A stretch of 64,000 bases of DNA from an uncultured Calditrichota bacterium (GCA_964489835.1 CAZBBC010000001.1:5517-69516); one strand, 5' to 3'; shown: positions 9,600-19,924, numbered from the stretch's first letter. The notes: generated by a model not told the origin, from the letters alone. A program made the numbers and translations.

Positions 9600-9660
9600 A
9601 GACGGACAGGGATCGTTCTCATATGGAACTATCGGAAATAGATCCCTGTCCGTTTGTGGG
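9600..9660. terminator. 13-bp stem hairpin (acggacagggatc / gatccctgtccgt) between convergent hflC and an MFS gene
   Basis: Inverted repeat read directly from the sequence. Its location is intergenic and convergent. Confidence 0.45.
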
Positions 9661-9671
9661 AATTTTATCAA

Positions 9672-10811
9672 TTATGTTCGTGTTTTTATCAATTGCACCG
9701 CTACTAGTGAGAATAAGCTAAAGACTGCCCCGGCGAAAAACGGAATTCTGTAATCAACCATCCAGGCAAGCCCTCCCATTATCGGTATAACCACCGCGGC
9801 AATATGATTTATTGTAAAGCCAACCGCCATACTGGGGGCAATGTCCCTGGGATCCCCTACCTTTTGAAAATATGTTCGAATCGCTATGGAAAAATTGAAA
9901 ACAATATGATCTACAATATAAAGGATAGTAACAATCCATTTGGATTCCACATAAGCATAAGCAATAAAAACCGCTATTAATGTGGTATATTCAACAGAGA
10001 GTACTTTTCGCTCTCCATATTGAATAATTGCCTTCCCTATCTGGGGCGTGAGAAAGAAATTAATCGCATTATTTAGTACAAATAGAATCGTAACTTCCTG
10101 GACACTAAAAGCAAACTTTTTTACCAGCAAAAAAACGGCGAAAGTTACGAATATCTGTCTTCTTGCCCCGGCTAAGAAGGTAAGAAAATAGTATAACCAA
10201 TATTTTTTTCTTAAAATCATCCTTTTTCGTTGGGGTACAATATCCTGCCTGGTTGGATTTTGATTTAAACCCCACAATCCGACTACTATAATTCCAATAC
10301 CTAAAAAAAGATATATTTGTAAATAAGTCAGGATTGTGCTAAAAACAAAAATTACCAAACCGATGATAATACTTGTCGCTGCAGCATAACTGCGTAATTT
10401 ACCAAAAACCCAGGGGGAGATTTTTTGATCAAAATACTGAAGCGTTAGGGACTGGTTGGTTGTTTCATAATAATGAAAACCAAAGCTCATGAGCAATGTG
10501 GTAAAGATGAGTCCGATATACGAGGGGAAAAACCCGGTTAAACCTACTCCGAGACCAAGGGTTATTATTGACAGGGTTGAAAGACGGTGTTCCCTGATTA
10601 TAATAATTATAAAAATAGCCAGCAAAGCCAGAAATCCAGGTATTTCCCTGACAGATTGGATCACACCGACATGATAACCATCTAAATTTGCAACCTCGAC
10701 TGCAAAATTATTAAAAAGAGTTCGCCAGGTCTGCAAGCCGGCGAAAGAAGCAATCGTTAATACACCCAGAAATCGAAACATTTTGTCTTGTGTTGCATCG
10801 TACTCATTCAT
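9672..10811 (-). CDS. MFS-type transporter (12 predicted TM)
   Basis: 379 aa with a repeating hydrophobic helix pattern and conserved loop arginines. Confidence 0.7.
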   Translation of the reverse strand: MNEYDATQDKMFRFLGVLTIASFAGLQTWRTLFNNFAVEVANLDGYHVGVIQSVREIPGFLALLAIFIIIIIREHRLSTLSIITLGLGVGLTGFFPSYIGLIFTTLLMSFGFHYYETTNQSLTLQYFDQKISPWVFGKLRSYAAATSIIIGLVIFVFSTILTYLQIYLFLGIGIIVVGLWGLNQNPTRQDIVPQRKRMILRKKYWLYYFLTFLAGARRQIFVTFAVFLLVKKFAFSVQEVTILFVLNNAINFFLTPQIGKAIIQYGERKVLSVEYTTLIAVFIAYAYVESKWIVTILYIVDHIVFNFSIAIRTYFQKVGDPRDIAPSMAVGFTINHIAAVVIPIMGGLAWMVDYRIPFFAGAVFSLFSLVAVQLIKTRT

Positions 10812-10985
10812 AATAAAGATCTATAATTTCCTTAATCGATCAGTGGCTGTTTATTGAATAAACCGAAATTTATGGAAATACCTGAAAAATAGTAAATAAA
10901 AGATCCGCTGTATCTTTTTATTTTTCTGAAACATCATTAGCAATTCCTACGTAAATACGATATCCCATAATGCAAGGAGTAAATT

Positions 10986-11561
10986 ATGAAAAAAGTGATT
11001 CTTGTCGTTCCCCTTTTTCTTATTATTTTTACACCGTCCCTATTTGCTAAAAAAGTAGAGATGAACCATAAATATCATGATCATCATTTTAAATGTCTCG
11101 AAAATTTTGAGATTGATTTTGATGGTAACATTCTTATTTTAACCTGTCAAAATAATGATGATTTATGGATAGAAATAACACCCGGTGGGGACCTGTATAT
11201 AACTGACCGTCGCGTATACCTTGATCGAGATCAACAAAAATTAATGGCCGAATATTATGATCAATTTATAGACATTATAGAGCAGGCAAAGCTGATCGGG
11301 AAAGAAGGAGCTAAAATTGGTGTGAAGGGGGCAAAAATCGGAATCCTCGCCGCCGGCGCGGTTATAAGGATGCTTGTTACTGACTATGATAGTGATGATC
11401 TTGAAGAGGAAATAGAAGAAGAAGCGGAAAAACTTGAGGCCCGGGCGGAAGATTTGGAAGAAATGGCTGAGGAACTGGAGGAAAAAGCAGAAGATTTAGA
11501 GGAATTACATTATACGGTGAAAAGTGAAATAAAAGAATTGGACGAACTGGATTGTTTCTAG
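10986..11561 (+). CDS. secreted hypothetical protein with an extremely acidic helical C-terminus
   Basis: An AAGGAG RBS and a signal peptide MKKVILVVPLFLIIFTPSLFA are present. The C-terminal ~60 aa are E/D/L-rich heptad-like repeats. Confidence 0.5.
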   Translation: MKKVILVVPLFLIIFTPSLFAKKVEMNHKYHDHHFKCLENFEIDFDGNILILTCQNNDDLWIEITPGGDLYITDRRVYLDRDQQKLMAEYYDQFIDIIEQAKLIGKEGAKIGVKGAKIGILAAGAVIRMLVTDYDSDDLEEEIEEEAEKLEARAEDLEEMAEELEEKAEDLEELHYTVKSEIKELDELDCF

Positions 11562-11567
11562 ATCTAA

Positions 11568-11843
11568 TCAGGACCGGTTTATAAGCAAATAGAGACCATA
11601 AAAAATCAAAAAAACCGGCAGAAGTAATACCAACAAGACCAGCGGAACAACCAGTATTCCAGCGATGGCCCCAACAATTCCCAAAGGTACCAGTACTAAT
11701 ACAAAAATCACGATTGCCAGAATTAAAGAGAGAATCTTAATCGGAAGAACCAGAAGAAAAGCACCGGTGTGCAGAATAATAGAAAATATTTTCAATAAAA
11801 CTATCGTCAGAAGTATGATTGAAAGAATGGCGATAACTTCCAT
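11568..11843 (-). CDS. small (91 aa) very hydrophobic membrane protein
   Basis: A GGGGAGG RBS lies 8 nt upstream. Three predicted TM helices. Confidence 0.5.
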   Translation of the reverse strand: MEVIAILSIILLTIVLLKIFSIILHTGAFLLVLPIKILSLILAIVIFVLVLVPLGIVGAIAGILVVPLVLLVLLLPVFLIFYGLYLLINRS

Positions 11844-12005
11844 TTCTAAATCCTCCCCTTTTCTCTCCTGTTTAAGATAACAACGACCGGGATTATCCGA
11901 TTTAATAAAGATATACGTAACGATTTAAAAAAAGATTCTTTTCTGAAACATAAGCGGCAATGATTTCTTTCTACTGTCTTTTTCAGTTTCATAGAGGCTT
12001 ATCTA

Positions 12006-12046
12006 AAAAAAACCCTTCCTTCTGGCAGGGCTGGGAAAAAAGTGAT
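12006..12046 (-). terminator. GC hairpin followed by a T8 run on the minus strand (terminator of the rubrerythrin-family gene)
   Basis: Read on the minus strand: ttttttcccagccctgccagaaggaagggtttttttt. Confidence 0.5.
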
Positions 12047-12056
12047 TGATATACTC

Positions 12057-12572
12057 TTAATGATCACTCATTCCAAAAAACAACGAAGGATTGGCTAAAT
12101 ATTGATTGGTCTTTTGCAACAATTCATAGTGTGATTTTTCTTCCTTTGCCAATAATTCATAAAAATCCTTCACGACTTTATCACTTGCTTTTTGGGCGGC
12201 ATCTTCATAAAAAAATCTGCTGTGTGATTCCAGTTCAAGGGCAACGTTTATAATTTCTTCATCATCTACGCCAACTTCTGTCATTTCATCAACCGCTTCA
12301 TCCAACTGATCTTTCATTCTGTCAAAAATTTCATTAAACATGGCCAGATGTGGTGATTCGACTTTGACTTCGTCCAATGTGTTTTTCGTCAGTGATTCAT
12401 AGATTTCTTTAATACGCTGAATATGGACCAACTCATCTTCGGCCAGTCTTTTTAACATTCTTTTACCTAAAGAATTCTTAATTTTTTCAGCGCCCTCTGT
12501 GTACCATTTATGTCCTTTTTGTTCAATGGCCAATGACTCCTTCAATACCTGTTCTAATTCAGCTTTGTCCAT
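12057..12572 (-). CDS. rubrerythrin/ferritin-like diiron family protein
   Basis: Paired E…H motifs: ELVHIQ, ELESHSRFFY and EEKSHYELL. The start is placed at the internal ATG, which has an AAGGAGG RBS. The ORF-track start 12656 lacks an RBS. Confidence 0.65.
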   Translation of the reverse strand: MDKAELEQVLKESLAIEQKGHKWYTEGAEKIKNSLGKRMLKRLAEDELVHIQRIKEIYESLTKNTLDEVKVESPHLAMFNEIFDRMKDQLDEAVDEMTEVGVDDEEIINVALELESHSRFFYEDAAQKASDKVVKDFYELLAKEEKSHYELLQKTNQYLANPSLFFGMSDH

Positions 12573-12891
12573 CCGGACCTCCTTATTATTCTGAAAACAC
12601 GAAGCGTGCGAATATATTTTTTTTAATAATTTAGTTGAATTACATACTAAAAACAATCAAGCATATTTCAAAAGAACATTGTCTATACAGGTAAAACATA
12701 TCCTAACCTGAATAATTCAAGATCCTTCGTAGTTTATGCTATTATAGCCAAAAACTTTTATCCACGGATTATCCGTCGCAGCCGGATCCCGCCATAGCCA
12801 CGTCTGCTGATTGACTGACACGAATTAACGCGAATTTCCAAAAATTATATTTATAATATTTTATAAGATTAAAAACATGATAAAAAAAACA

Positions 12892-12938
12892 GTGAAATTC
12901 GTGAAATTCGAAATGATTCGTGAAAATTCGTGGAATTC
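12892..12938. repeat. Five tandem ~9–10-bp direct repeats, consensus GTGAAATTC
   Basis: The run reads gtgaaattc gtgaaattc gaaatgattc gtgaaaattc gtggaattc, directly from the sequence. Confidence 0.7.
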
Positions 12939-12982
12939 TTTTCTCTGTTTGCAGCCAATGGCTGCGGTATGAATAGACCGCA

Positions 12983-13792
12983 CTAATATATATTCTTCCT
13001 GTTTTTTTCTTCTCCCCGTTGGTTTTCCAGCTCGTCGATTCTTGCTTCAAATATTTGAATAAGTTTATGCAATAAACGAACATCTCGTTTTTCAGCCAGA
13101 GATCTGCCTAAAAGCCGTCTAAAACGGGTAATAAAATTATCATAACTGTCGCGTGGCACAAAACCGATTTTTTTCATACTTCTGTGCAAATGTTCATAAA
13201 ATATTTCCAATTCATGTTGTGAAGCCAAGTCATATGTTTTTACAGAATGTTTCAAATTTTGAAAATGGAAAAAAGTATGCGCGTAAATCATTACTGACTG
13301 AGCCAGGTTCAATGAGGGGCTTTGTGTTGCTGTTAAAATCGTAGAGTGAAAATGACATTGTAATAACTCTTTGTTTGTCAGGCCCGTACCTTCTCGTCCA
13401 AAAACAATTGCCACCGGATATTTTGCGGCCACCTCTTCAATTTTTTCAGATATTTCCACCGGCGTATACAGAGGAAATCTAAAGTGTCTTTTTCTCTGTG
13501 TTGTGCCAATGACTAATCGTTTATCATGTATTGCTTCTTCCAAGGTGGATACTACTTGGGTCTTTTTTAAGACATCCTCCGACCGATGTGCCATCCATTT
13601 AATTTCTTGATGATTTTTATCAAATTGCGGATTTACCAGAATTAGGTTATAAAATCCGCAGGTCTTTATGGCCCGCGCTGACGCACCGACATTTCCTTCA
13701 ACTTCAGGTTCCACTAATATAAAGTATAAATTCTCTCTGATCGTTGAGAATAATTTACAGTAGGGGATTCTTTGGTTATCGGTCGATGACAT
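12983..13792 (-). CDS. SpoU/TrmH-class RNA 2'-O-methyltransferase (TrmJ-like)
   Basis: An N-terminal SPOUT fold carries the VEPEVEGNVGASARA…GF motif. The C-terminal extension is as in TrmJ. Confidence 0.7.
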   Translation of the reverse strand: MSSTDNQRIPYCKLFSTIRENLYFILVEPEVEGNVGASARAIKTCGFYNLILVNPQFDKNHQEIKWMAHRSEDVLKKTQVVSTLEEAIHDKRLVIGTTQRKRHFRFPLYTPVEISEKIEEVAAKYPVAIVFGREGTGLTNKELLQCHFHSTILTATQSPSLNLAQSVMIYAHTFFHFQNLKHSVKTYDLASQHELEIFYEHLHRSMKKIGFVPRDSYDNFITRFRRLLGRSLAEKRDVRLLHKLIQIFEARIDELENQRGEEKNRKNIY

Positions 13793-13844
13793 TTGTGGTA
13801 TGTGCGGTATGGTATATTTTTTGTTTAATAAATTATTTCAACTA

Positions 13845-15137
13845 TCACGTCTCAACCGAAGTATCAATCAAATATTTCCAACGTGAAATTAACCGTTCCG
13901 TTGCTCCAGTGTTTCTGGATGCAAATTTCTCAGCTCTTACACCAAATATTTTTCGCTTTTCTTCATCAGAATAAAAAGATTTTATCCACTGATAGATTTC
14001 GTCCGTATTGTTGACTACAAAACCGCCATTATCATTAGAAAACTGAATCGCTTCATAGGAGTTTTTATACACCGGGCCAAACAAAACCGGTATACCAAAG
14101 ATTGCCGGTTCTATAACATTATGAACTCCTTGATGAAAACTTCCTCCGACATATGCGCAATGTGCATAATTATAAAGACTGGCAAGATATCCGATGGCAT
14201 CAACAACCAATATTCTCTCTTCTGCAAGTTTTTCACGTTGACTTAGATTTAGTACGCCCCATTCTTCAAAAATTGATCTTATATTCATTACTGCCTTTTC
14301 ATTCGGATGATGTGAGACCAGAATAAATCTAATATTTTTCTCTTCTCTTAATATCCTTTGAATTGCGGGAAACAAATGTTCCTCATCTTCCGTATGCGTG
14401 CTGCCGGCGACAAAGATCCATTGATTATATACCCAGGTTTTCGGTAAAAGATTTTGTGACTGTGCCCGTTTTTTACGTAAAATAACCTGATCGTATTTTG
14501 TATCCCCGACAACCTCAACACGACACTGGGGATAATGGATGGTAAACTGGTGGGCATCATCCTGAGAAATTGCGAATATACAGTCAATATCGCGATAGAC
14601 ATATTTAAAAAATTGTTTGATCCCTTTATGTGCCCGGGTGGATTCTTTCCGCAGCGAAGCATTTATTAAAAATATTGGTATACCCTTTTTATGGGCTGTC
14701 CAGACCTGGCCCGGCCATATATCCCACTTGGCGACAACGATTAATGCTGGCTTGATAGTATCATAAATCTGCTCCCAATTTTTTGATCTATCAATGGGCA
14801 TATAAGTATGAAAATCAAGACCCGGGGTTTGTCCAACATTTTCATAGCCGGAGGGAGAAAAAAAGGTAACGATATTAACGGTTTTATATTGTTCTTTTAG
14901 TATCTGAAGAATCGGCCGGATGTGTTCAAATTCTCCAAGAGAGGCCGTATGAAATAAAATGCGTTTTCCCTCTAATGGCTGGCTGCTGTCCAACCAATTG
15001 GTGATACTGGCAAGGGTCGAATATCTCGTAAATAAACTCTTTCTGATTTTTCCTGAAAAGATAGCTAGGATATGGGCAAGGATTACCATCCCCGGTATCA
15101 CCAGATAAAAATATACAATTTGCCAGAATTTTCTCAT
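13845..15137 (-). CDS. waaA: 3-deoxy-D-manno-octulosonic acid (Kdo) transferase
   Basis: An N-terminal membrane anchor. An H-x-A-S-L-G-E motif (ILFHTASLGE), corresponding to WaaA IWIHAVSVGE, and a downstream SPSGYEN are present. 430 aa, GT30 family. Confidence 0.78.
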   Translation of the reverse strand: MRKFWQIVYFYLVIPGMVILAHILAIFSGKIRKSLFTRYSTLASITNWLDSSQPLEGKRILFHTASLGEFEHIRPILQILKEQYKTVNIVTFFSPSGYENVGQTPGLDFHTYMPIDRSKNWEQIYDTIKPALIVVAKWDIWPGQVWTAHKKGIPIFLINASLRKESTRAHKGIKQFFKYVYRDIDCIFAISQDDAHQFTIHYPQCRVEVVGDTKYDQVILRKKRAQSQNLLPKTWVYNQWIFVAGSTHTEDEEHLFPAIQRILREEKNIRFILVSHHPNEKAVMNIRSIFEEWGVLNLSQREKLAEERILVVDAIGYLASLYNYAHCAYVGGSFHQGVHNVIEPAIFGIPVLFGPVYKNSYEAIQFSNDNGGFVVNNTDEIYQWIKSFYSDEEKRKIFGVRAEKFASRNTGATERLISRWKYLIDTSVET

Positions 15138-15144
15138 TAGGTTT

Positions 15145-16182
15145 TCACTGATTCGTACTAGTTAAAAGAAATGATTTCAATGTTTTAAAAACCTGTTCTG
15201 TTGATATGTCTATCATACATTTGAAATGACTTTTCGGGCATTTATTTCTACCGATGTGGGTGCAGGGGCGACAGCTAAGATCTCTGTTTTCTAATACAAA
15301 TGATTTACTGCGAAAAGGGAAAAATCCAAACTCCCTGACCGTCGATCCGAAGATGGCTAGAACCGGGGTCTTTACAGCTGTGGCCATATGCATTAAACCG
15401 GTATCATTGGAAACCAGCGCTAGTCCCTTTTCAATAATGCTTGCGGTTTCCAGAAGGGAAAGTTTTCCGGTAAAATTATATACTGAAGGTTGTTGTTCTA
15501 AATATTTTCCTGTTTCCCGGTCACCGTCCCCCCCCAGAATGACTACCGGAATATTTAATTCTTTGTTAACAAGCTGTATCAAACCTAAAAAATTATCTGC
15601 TGGCCAGCGCTTGGTAAAAAATCCGGCTCCCGGGGCAAGGCATAAATATGAACTTGTCTCTTTCAGGCCTGTTTCTTTGATTTTCTTTTCTGCAGCGAGA
15701 ACAGACTCTTCTTCCCAATATAATTCCAATCCCTTGTTATCGTCAATAACATCATAAGATTTTGCTACATTTAAATAGCGGCGGGGAATGGGAATAATTT
15801 TATTATAATAATTTTTCTTCAAATACACCAGCATCGTTTGTTTGAATTTATTCTTATTTATCGAAAGAACTCGTTTTGTACCAATGTGCCTTAAATAATT
15901 ACTACGCAGGTTGTTATGCAGATCGAAGATAACGTCATATGATATTTTCTGTAATTTGCCTTTTAAATTTTTTAAAGCGTTCGCCGTATCTAACCGTAAA
16001 ATATGAAGATTATCAATATGGGGATTGTTTTTCAACAAATCTTTGAATTTATCTTTTACAACAAAATCGATTTGGCTATTTTTAAATTTTTTCCGCAGTT
16101 GTCGTATGAAAGGTGTACTTAAAAGTATATCACCAATAGAACTAAGGCGTATAACGAGAATTTTATCGGGAGTATCAACCAT
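15145..16182 (-). CDS. GT9-family glycosyltransferase (LPS heptosyltransferase-like)
   Basis: The N-terminal ILVIRLSSIGDILLSTP motif is typical of RfaF/RfaC-type heptosyltransferases. The gene is adjacent to waaA. Confidence 0.72.
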   Translation of the reverse strand: MVDTPDKILVIRLSSIGDILLSTPFIRQLRKKFKNSQIDFVVKDKFKDLLKNNPHIDNLHILRLDTANALKNLKGKLQKISYDVIFDLHNNLRSNYLRHIGTKRVLSINKNKFKQTMLVYLKKNYYNKIIPIPRRYLNVAKSYDVIDDNKGLELYWEEESVLAAEKKIKETGLKETSSYLCLAPGAGFFTKRWPADNFLGLIQLVNKELNIPVVILGGDGDRETGKYLEQQPSVYNFTGKLSLLETASIIEKGLALVSNDTGLMHMATAVKTPVLAIFGSTVREFGFFPFRSKSFVLENRDLSCRPCTHIGRNKCPKSHFKCMIDISTEQVFKTLKSFLLTSTNQ

Positions 16183-16196
16183 TGTTTGGTTTGTAA

Positions 16197-17174
16197 TTAT
16201 TTTTTACGGTTGACAATATATTCAATAAAGTTGAAAGCATTTTCTTTGGCAGGACCATTGTTAAAAAATGCTAAATTTTGCTTAGCTTTTTCTGCATATT
16301 CCTGAACATATTCATGAGCGGAATTTAATCCGTTGTAGGTTTTAGTAAAATCATATATCCTCTTAACGTCGCTCTCGGTTACTCCTTTTTTTATCAATTG
16401 AATAATAAGTTTTTTTTCGCTTAGTGGTGCTTTTTTAAAAGAAAGGATTAAAGGCAATGTTATTTTTTTTTCTCTCAAATCAGCACCAACTGGTTTACCA
16501 AGTATAATTTGATTTCCTTGATAGTCCAGCAGATCATCCTTGATTTGAAAGGCAATCCCAATATTTTCTCCATATTGCTTAAGGTTCTCAATATCTTCCG
16601 TGCGATCACTGATCGTCAGAGCGCCCAGAGAACAGCAGGCACTGATAAGCGCGGCGGTCTTATCGGATATCATTTTAAAATAATCTGATTCCGTAATATC
16701 CAGTTTGCGGCTTTTTTCAATCTGAAACAGTTCTCCCTTACTCAAGCGCTTGGATGTTTCCGCAAGTATCGAAATAATTCCCATTTTTCCGGTTTCGGCG
16801 GCGTTGATTAAACACTTTGCGAGCAGGTAATCTCCCATTAATACACTGATCTTGTTCTTCCAAATAGCATTGATTGAAGGAAAACTTCTCCTTACCACGG
16901 CTTCATCAACGACATCATCATGAATCAAGGACGCTGTATGCAGTAGTTCAACAATGCTGGCAACGATAAAGGTGTTCCCATTGGGTATACCTAATAACCT
17001 TGCACTCAAAAGGACGAGCATCGGTCGCAGACCTTTGCCTTTATGTTTAACCAGATACTTTGTTATATTATCTATAAGGAAGACGTTAGAAGATAAAACG
17101 TTGGTTAAAGTTCTGTTATATTCATCCAAATCCTTTTTTAAAAAAGATCGGACCTTCGATAGATTTTTATCCAT
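16197..17174 (-). CDS. polyprenyl diphosphate synthase (trans-isoprenyl diphosphate synthase family)
   Basis: Two Asp-rich motifs are present: LIHDDVVDEA and KDDLLDYQG. Confidence 0.85.
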   Translation of the reverse strand: MDKNLSKVRSFLKKDLDEYNRTLTNVLSSNVFLIDNITKYLVKHKGKGLRPMLVLLSARLLGIPNGNTFIVASIVELLHTASLIHDDVVDEAVVRRSFPSINAIWKNKISVLMGDYLLAKCLINAAETGKMGIISILAETSKRLSKGELFQIEKSRKLDITESDYFKMISDKTAALISACCSLGALTISDRTEDIENLKQYGENIGIAFQIKDDLLDYQGNQIILGKPVGADLREKKITLPLILSFKKAPLSEKKLIIQLIKKGVTESDVKRIYDFTKTYNGLNSAHEYVQEYAEKAKQNLAFFNNGPAKENAFNFIEYIVNRKK

Positions 17175-17301
17175 TGATTTATTATACGGGTGTTAGAGAA
17201 ACCAGCCAGAATTGTTTTAACTACTTCTTTTGCCAGATTATTTTATTAAATCATTGTATAGCAGAGAGCAACATCTAAAAAAATTGTATTACACAATAAA
17301 G

Positions 17302-17320
17302 ACCACAAAGAATTGTGGTT
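17302..17320. repeat. Short hairpin accacaa-agaa-ttgtggt, a member of the CCAC/GTGG repeat family
   Basis: Read directly from the sequence. It shares the AACCACAAAG core. Confidence 0.4.
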
Positions 17321-17401
17321 TCTATGATAAGTATTTCTATGATTTGTGATCAAATTAAAAATTTAGTTAATGAGAAAATGGTAAGCAAGTCGATTCATTT
17401 T

Positions 17402-18145
17402 TTATGTGAGGGTATCACTCTTCTTTGCAAAAATATGGGAGATATAAATACTTATCTCATATAAAATGATTATGGGAAATGCAAGAAGTACCTGTGTGGT
17501 AGGATCCGGAGGGGTCAGTATTGCCCCAAGAATAAAAGCACCAACAATGGCATATTTTCTATATTTGCGCATGAAAGACGGTGTGAGGATCCCAAATTTT
17601 GAAAGAAGAAGACTTAGCATGGGAAGTTCAAAAACAACACCAAAAACAACAATTAAGCGCAGTAGAAAACCAATATAAAAATCCAGGGCAATTTTGTTTT
17701 CTATGTCGGGAGGGGCCAGACTTAGAAAAAATTGGAGCGCATATGGAATAATGATAAAATAGGCAAAAAGTCCGCCAACAAGGAAACAGACAACAGAAGC
17801 AAAAACGATCATGGGTAACAGTTTTCTTTCTTTCAGTAATAAGCCGGGGGCAAGAAATTGCCACAATTGATAAAAAATGACCGGCAGGCTAAATACAATA
17901 CCGGCAAAAAGGGCAATCTCCAGCTTAATAATAAAAACGGTTTGGACTTTTAATACTTGCAGAGGGACCGGTGTGTCAAGATTTTTTCCAGGATATAGAA
18001 GCAATTCAAGAATATAATCTGAGAAAAAAAAGCATATAACCATCATAATAAAAATAGAAATTATCGATTTTAATAGTCGCCATCTCAGTTCTTCAAGATG
18101 ATCCAGAAATGGCATTTCTCTTTCGTTAATATTTTTTCTATTCAT
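17402..18145 (-). CDS. tatC: twin-arginine translocase subunit TatC
   Basis: An N-terminal FLDHLEELRWRL motif and six TM helices in 247 aa. Confidence 0.9.
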   Translation of the reverse strand: MNRKNINEREMPFLDHLEELRWRLLKSIISIFIMMVICFFFSDYILELLLYPGKNLDTPVPLQVLKVQTVFIIKLEIALFAGIVFSLPVIFYQLWQFLAPGLLLKERKLLPMIVFASVVCFLVGGLFAYFIIIPYALQFFLSLAPPDIENKIALDFYIGFLLRLIVVFGVVFELPMLSLLLSKFGILTPSFMRKYRKYAIVGAFILGAILTPPDPTTQVLLAFPIIILYEISIYISHIFAKKSDTLT

Positions 18146-18169
18146 TTGGGTTTTAAAAAGATAGGTAGG

Positions 18170-19462
18170 TTAAAAATTATATAGCGGAAACTGACCCGCC
18201 AACTCTTTTACTTCCGCCAATACATTACTCAAAATCTGTTCATTTTCTAAATTTTGTAATACACGATTGATAAATCGTGCAATGGTTTTCATTTCGGCTT
18301 CTTTCATGCCTTTTGTCGTAAGCGCTGCTGTTCCCAGTCGTATTCCGCTGGTGATTAAAGGACCTCGTGTATCAAATGGCACCATATTTTTATTAACGGT
18401 CATACCGGCGTCATGAAGGGCATTTTCTGCTGCTTTCCCGGTTATTTCCTTTTTTGTCAAATCTATCAGAAACAAATGGTTATCTGTACCACCGGAGACA
18501 ATATCATAACCAAGTTTGATCAATTCTGAGCTTAGAGATTTTGCATTATTAATAATCTGCTGGGCATAGACCTTAAAGGAAGGTTTTAGGGCTTCCCCAA
18601 ATGATACGGCCTTAGCGGCGATAATATGCATAAGTGGTCCACCCTGTATGCCCGGCATTACATTACTGTCTATTATCTCTGACATCATTTTAGTTCGTCC
18701 GGATTTTGGGGCAACAATCCCCATTTTGTTTTCAGTATCTTTGCCGATAAGGATTAGTCCCCCCCGGGGACCACGTAAAGTTTTGTGGGTGGTGGAACTG
18801 ACCACATCACAAAAAGGAACCGGACTGGGATGCAGACCAGCGGCAATGAGGCCGGCCGGATGGGCAACATCAGCAAAAAGGATGCTTTCGGCGTTGTCAG
18901 CTATTTCTTTAAATTTGTCAAATTCATAAAATCTTGAGTATGCACTGGCACCAACAACGATCATTTTTGGTTTATGTTCAGTGGCAAGTTTTGCTACTTC
19001 ATCCATATCTATTCGGCCCGTATTTCTTTTGACACCATATGGAATGACCTTATACATTTTACCAGAAAAATTTACAGGGGAACCGTGCGTTAAATGACCT
19101 CCATGCGCTAAATTCATTCCGAGTATAGTATCGCCTGGCTTTAAATACGTAAAATAAACCGCCATATTGGCTTGACTGCCGGAATGGGGCTGGACATTTG
19201 CATACTCACATTGGAATAATTTTTTTACCCGGTCTCTGGCCAGATTTTCTGCAATATCTATAAATTCACATCCGCCGTAATATCTCTTTGCCGGATAACC
19301 CTCGGCATATTTATTTGTTAGTACGGAACCTGCAGCCTCTAATACGGCCCGGCTGACAAAGTTTTCAGAAGCAATAAGTTCTAGTTTATATTCCTGACGG
19401 TTAATTTCTCCCCGGATTGCCTGATAGATGTCCGGGTCATTTCTTTTAATATCCTCTAACAT
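18170..19462 (-). CDS. glyA: serine hydroxymethyltransferase
   Basis: Full-length 430-aa match, including the PLP-lysine region HGGHLTHG…[12 protein letters not shown]. Confidence 0.96.
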   Translation of the reverse strand: MLEDIKRNDPDIYQAIRGEINRQEYKLELIASENFVSRAVLEAAGSVLTNKYAEGYPAKRYYGGCEFIDIAENLARDRVKKLFQCEYANVQPHSGSQANMAVYFTYLKPGDTILGMNLAHGGHLTHGSPVNFSGKMYKVIPYGVKRNTGRIDMDEVAKLATEHKPKMIVVGASAYSRFYEFDKFKEIADNAESILFADVAHPAGLIAAGLHPSPVPFCDVVSSTTHKTLRGPRGGLILIGKDTENKMGIVAPKSGRTKMMSEIIDSNVMPGIQGGPLMHIIAAKAVSFGEALKPSFKVYAQQIINNAKSLSSELIKLGYDIVSGGTDNHLFLIDLTKKEITGKAAENALHDAGMTVNKNMVPFDTRGPLITSGIRLGTAALTTKGMKEAEMKTIARFINRVLQNLENEQILSNVLAEVKELAGQFPLYNF

Positions 19463-19472
19463 GAATAACTCA

Positions 19473-19913
19473 TCATAAACCGGTTAATTTGGTTATTAAA
19501 TCAATTCGTCTTTGATGCCGGCCACCTTCAAAAGATGTGTTCAGCCACACATCAACAATATCGATCGCCTTTGATTCATTTAATTCTTTTCCCCCAAGAC
19601 AAAGCACATTTGCATCGTTATGCAAACGGCTAAGCTGCGCCGAGTTTATATCATATGCTAAAGCAGCACGTATTCCTTTGATCTTATTCGCGGTTATACA
19701 CATACCAATGCCGGTCGCGCATATAAGAATCCCGCGATCATACTTATCTTGTATAATGGCCGTGCATGCCTTATATGCATACTCAGGATAATCAACAGCA
19801 TCCATACTAAAAATGCCAAAATCCGTATATTCTAAATATTTATTTTCCAGATATCGCTTAAGGGATTCTTTTAGCTGAAAACCCGCATGATCAGAACCAA
19901 GTGCAATTTTCAA
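19473..19913 (-). CDS. rpiB: ribose-5-phosphate isomerase B
   Basis: The N-terminus reads [12 protein letters not shown]. The ~146 aa size matches the RpiB/LacA/LacB family. Confidence 0.88.
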   Translation of the reverse strand: MKIALGSDHAGFQLKESLKRYLENKYLEYTDFGIFSMDAVDYPEYAYKACTAIIQDKYDRGILICATGIGMCITANKIKGIRAALAYDINSAQLSRLHNDANVLCLGGKELNESKAIDIVDVWLNTSFEGGRHQRRIDLITKLTGL

Positions 19914-19924
19914 ATGATTAATCT

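Noticed and set aside
12892-12938. Rex operator (TTGTGAA-N6-TTCACAA) candidates, including this array and 'ttttcacaac' at ~49971
   Set aside because: No site in the window forms the inverted TTGTGAA…TTCACAA pair. The GTGAAATTC units are direct repeats, not inverted repeats, so they do not form a Rex box.
12769-13083. 104-aa minus-strand ORF overlapping the trmJ-like 3' end and the tandem-repeat array
   Set aside because: It overlaps the supported trmJ-like CDS and runs through the GTGAAATTC repeats. No RBS.
17175-17401. Possible tatA gene upstream of tatC
   Set aside because: I translated the minus strand of the 227-bp gap. It gives no TatA-like ORF with the conserved N-terminus followed by FGxxKLP. 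Only a repeat hairpin is present.
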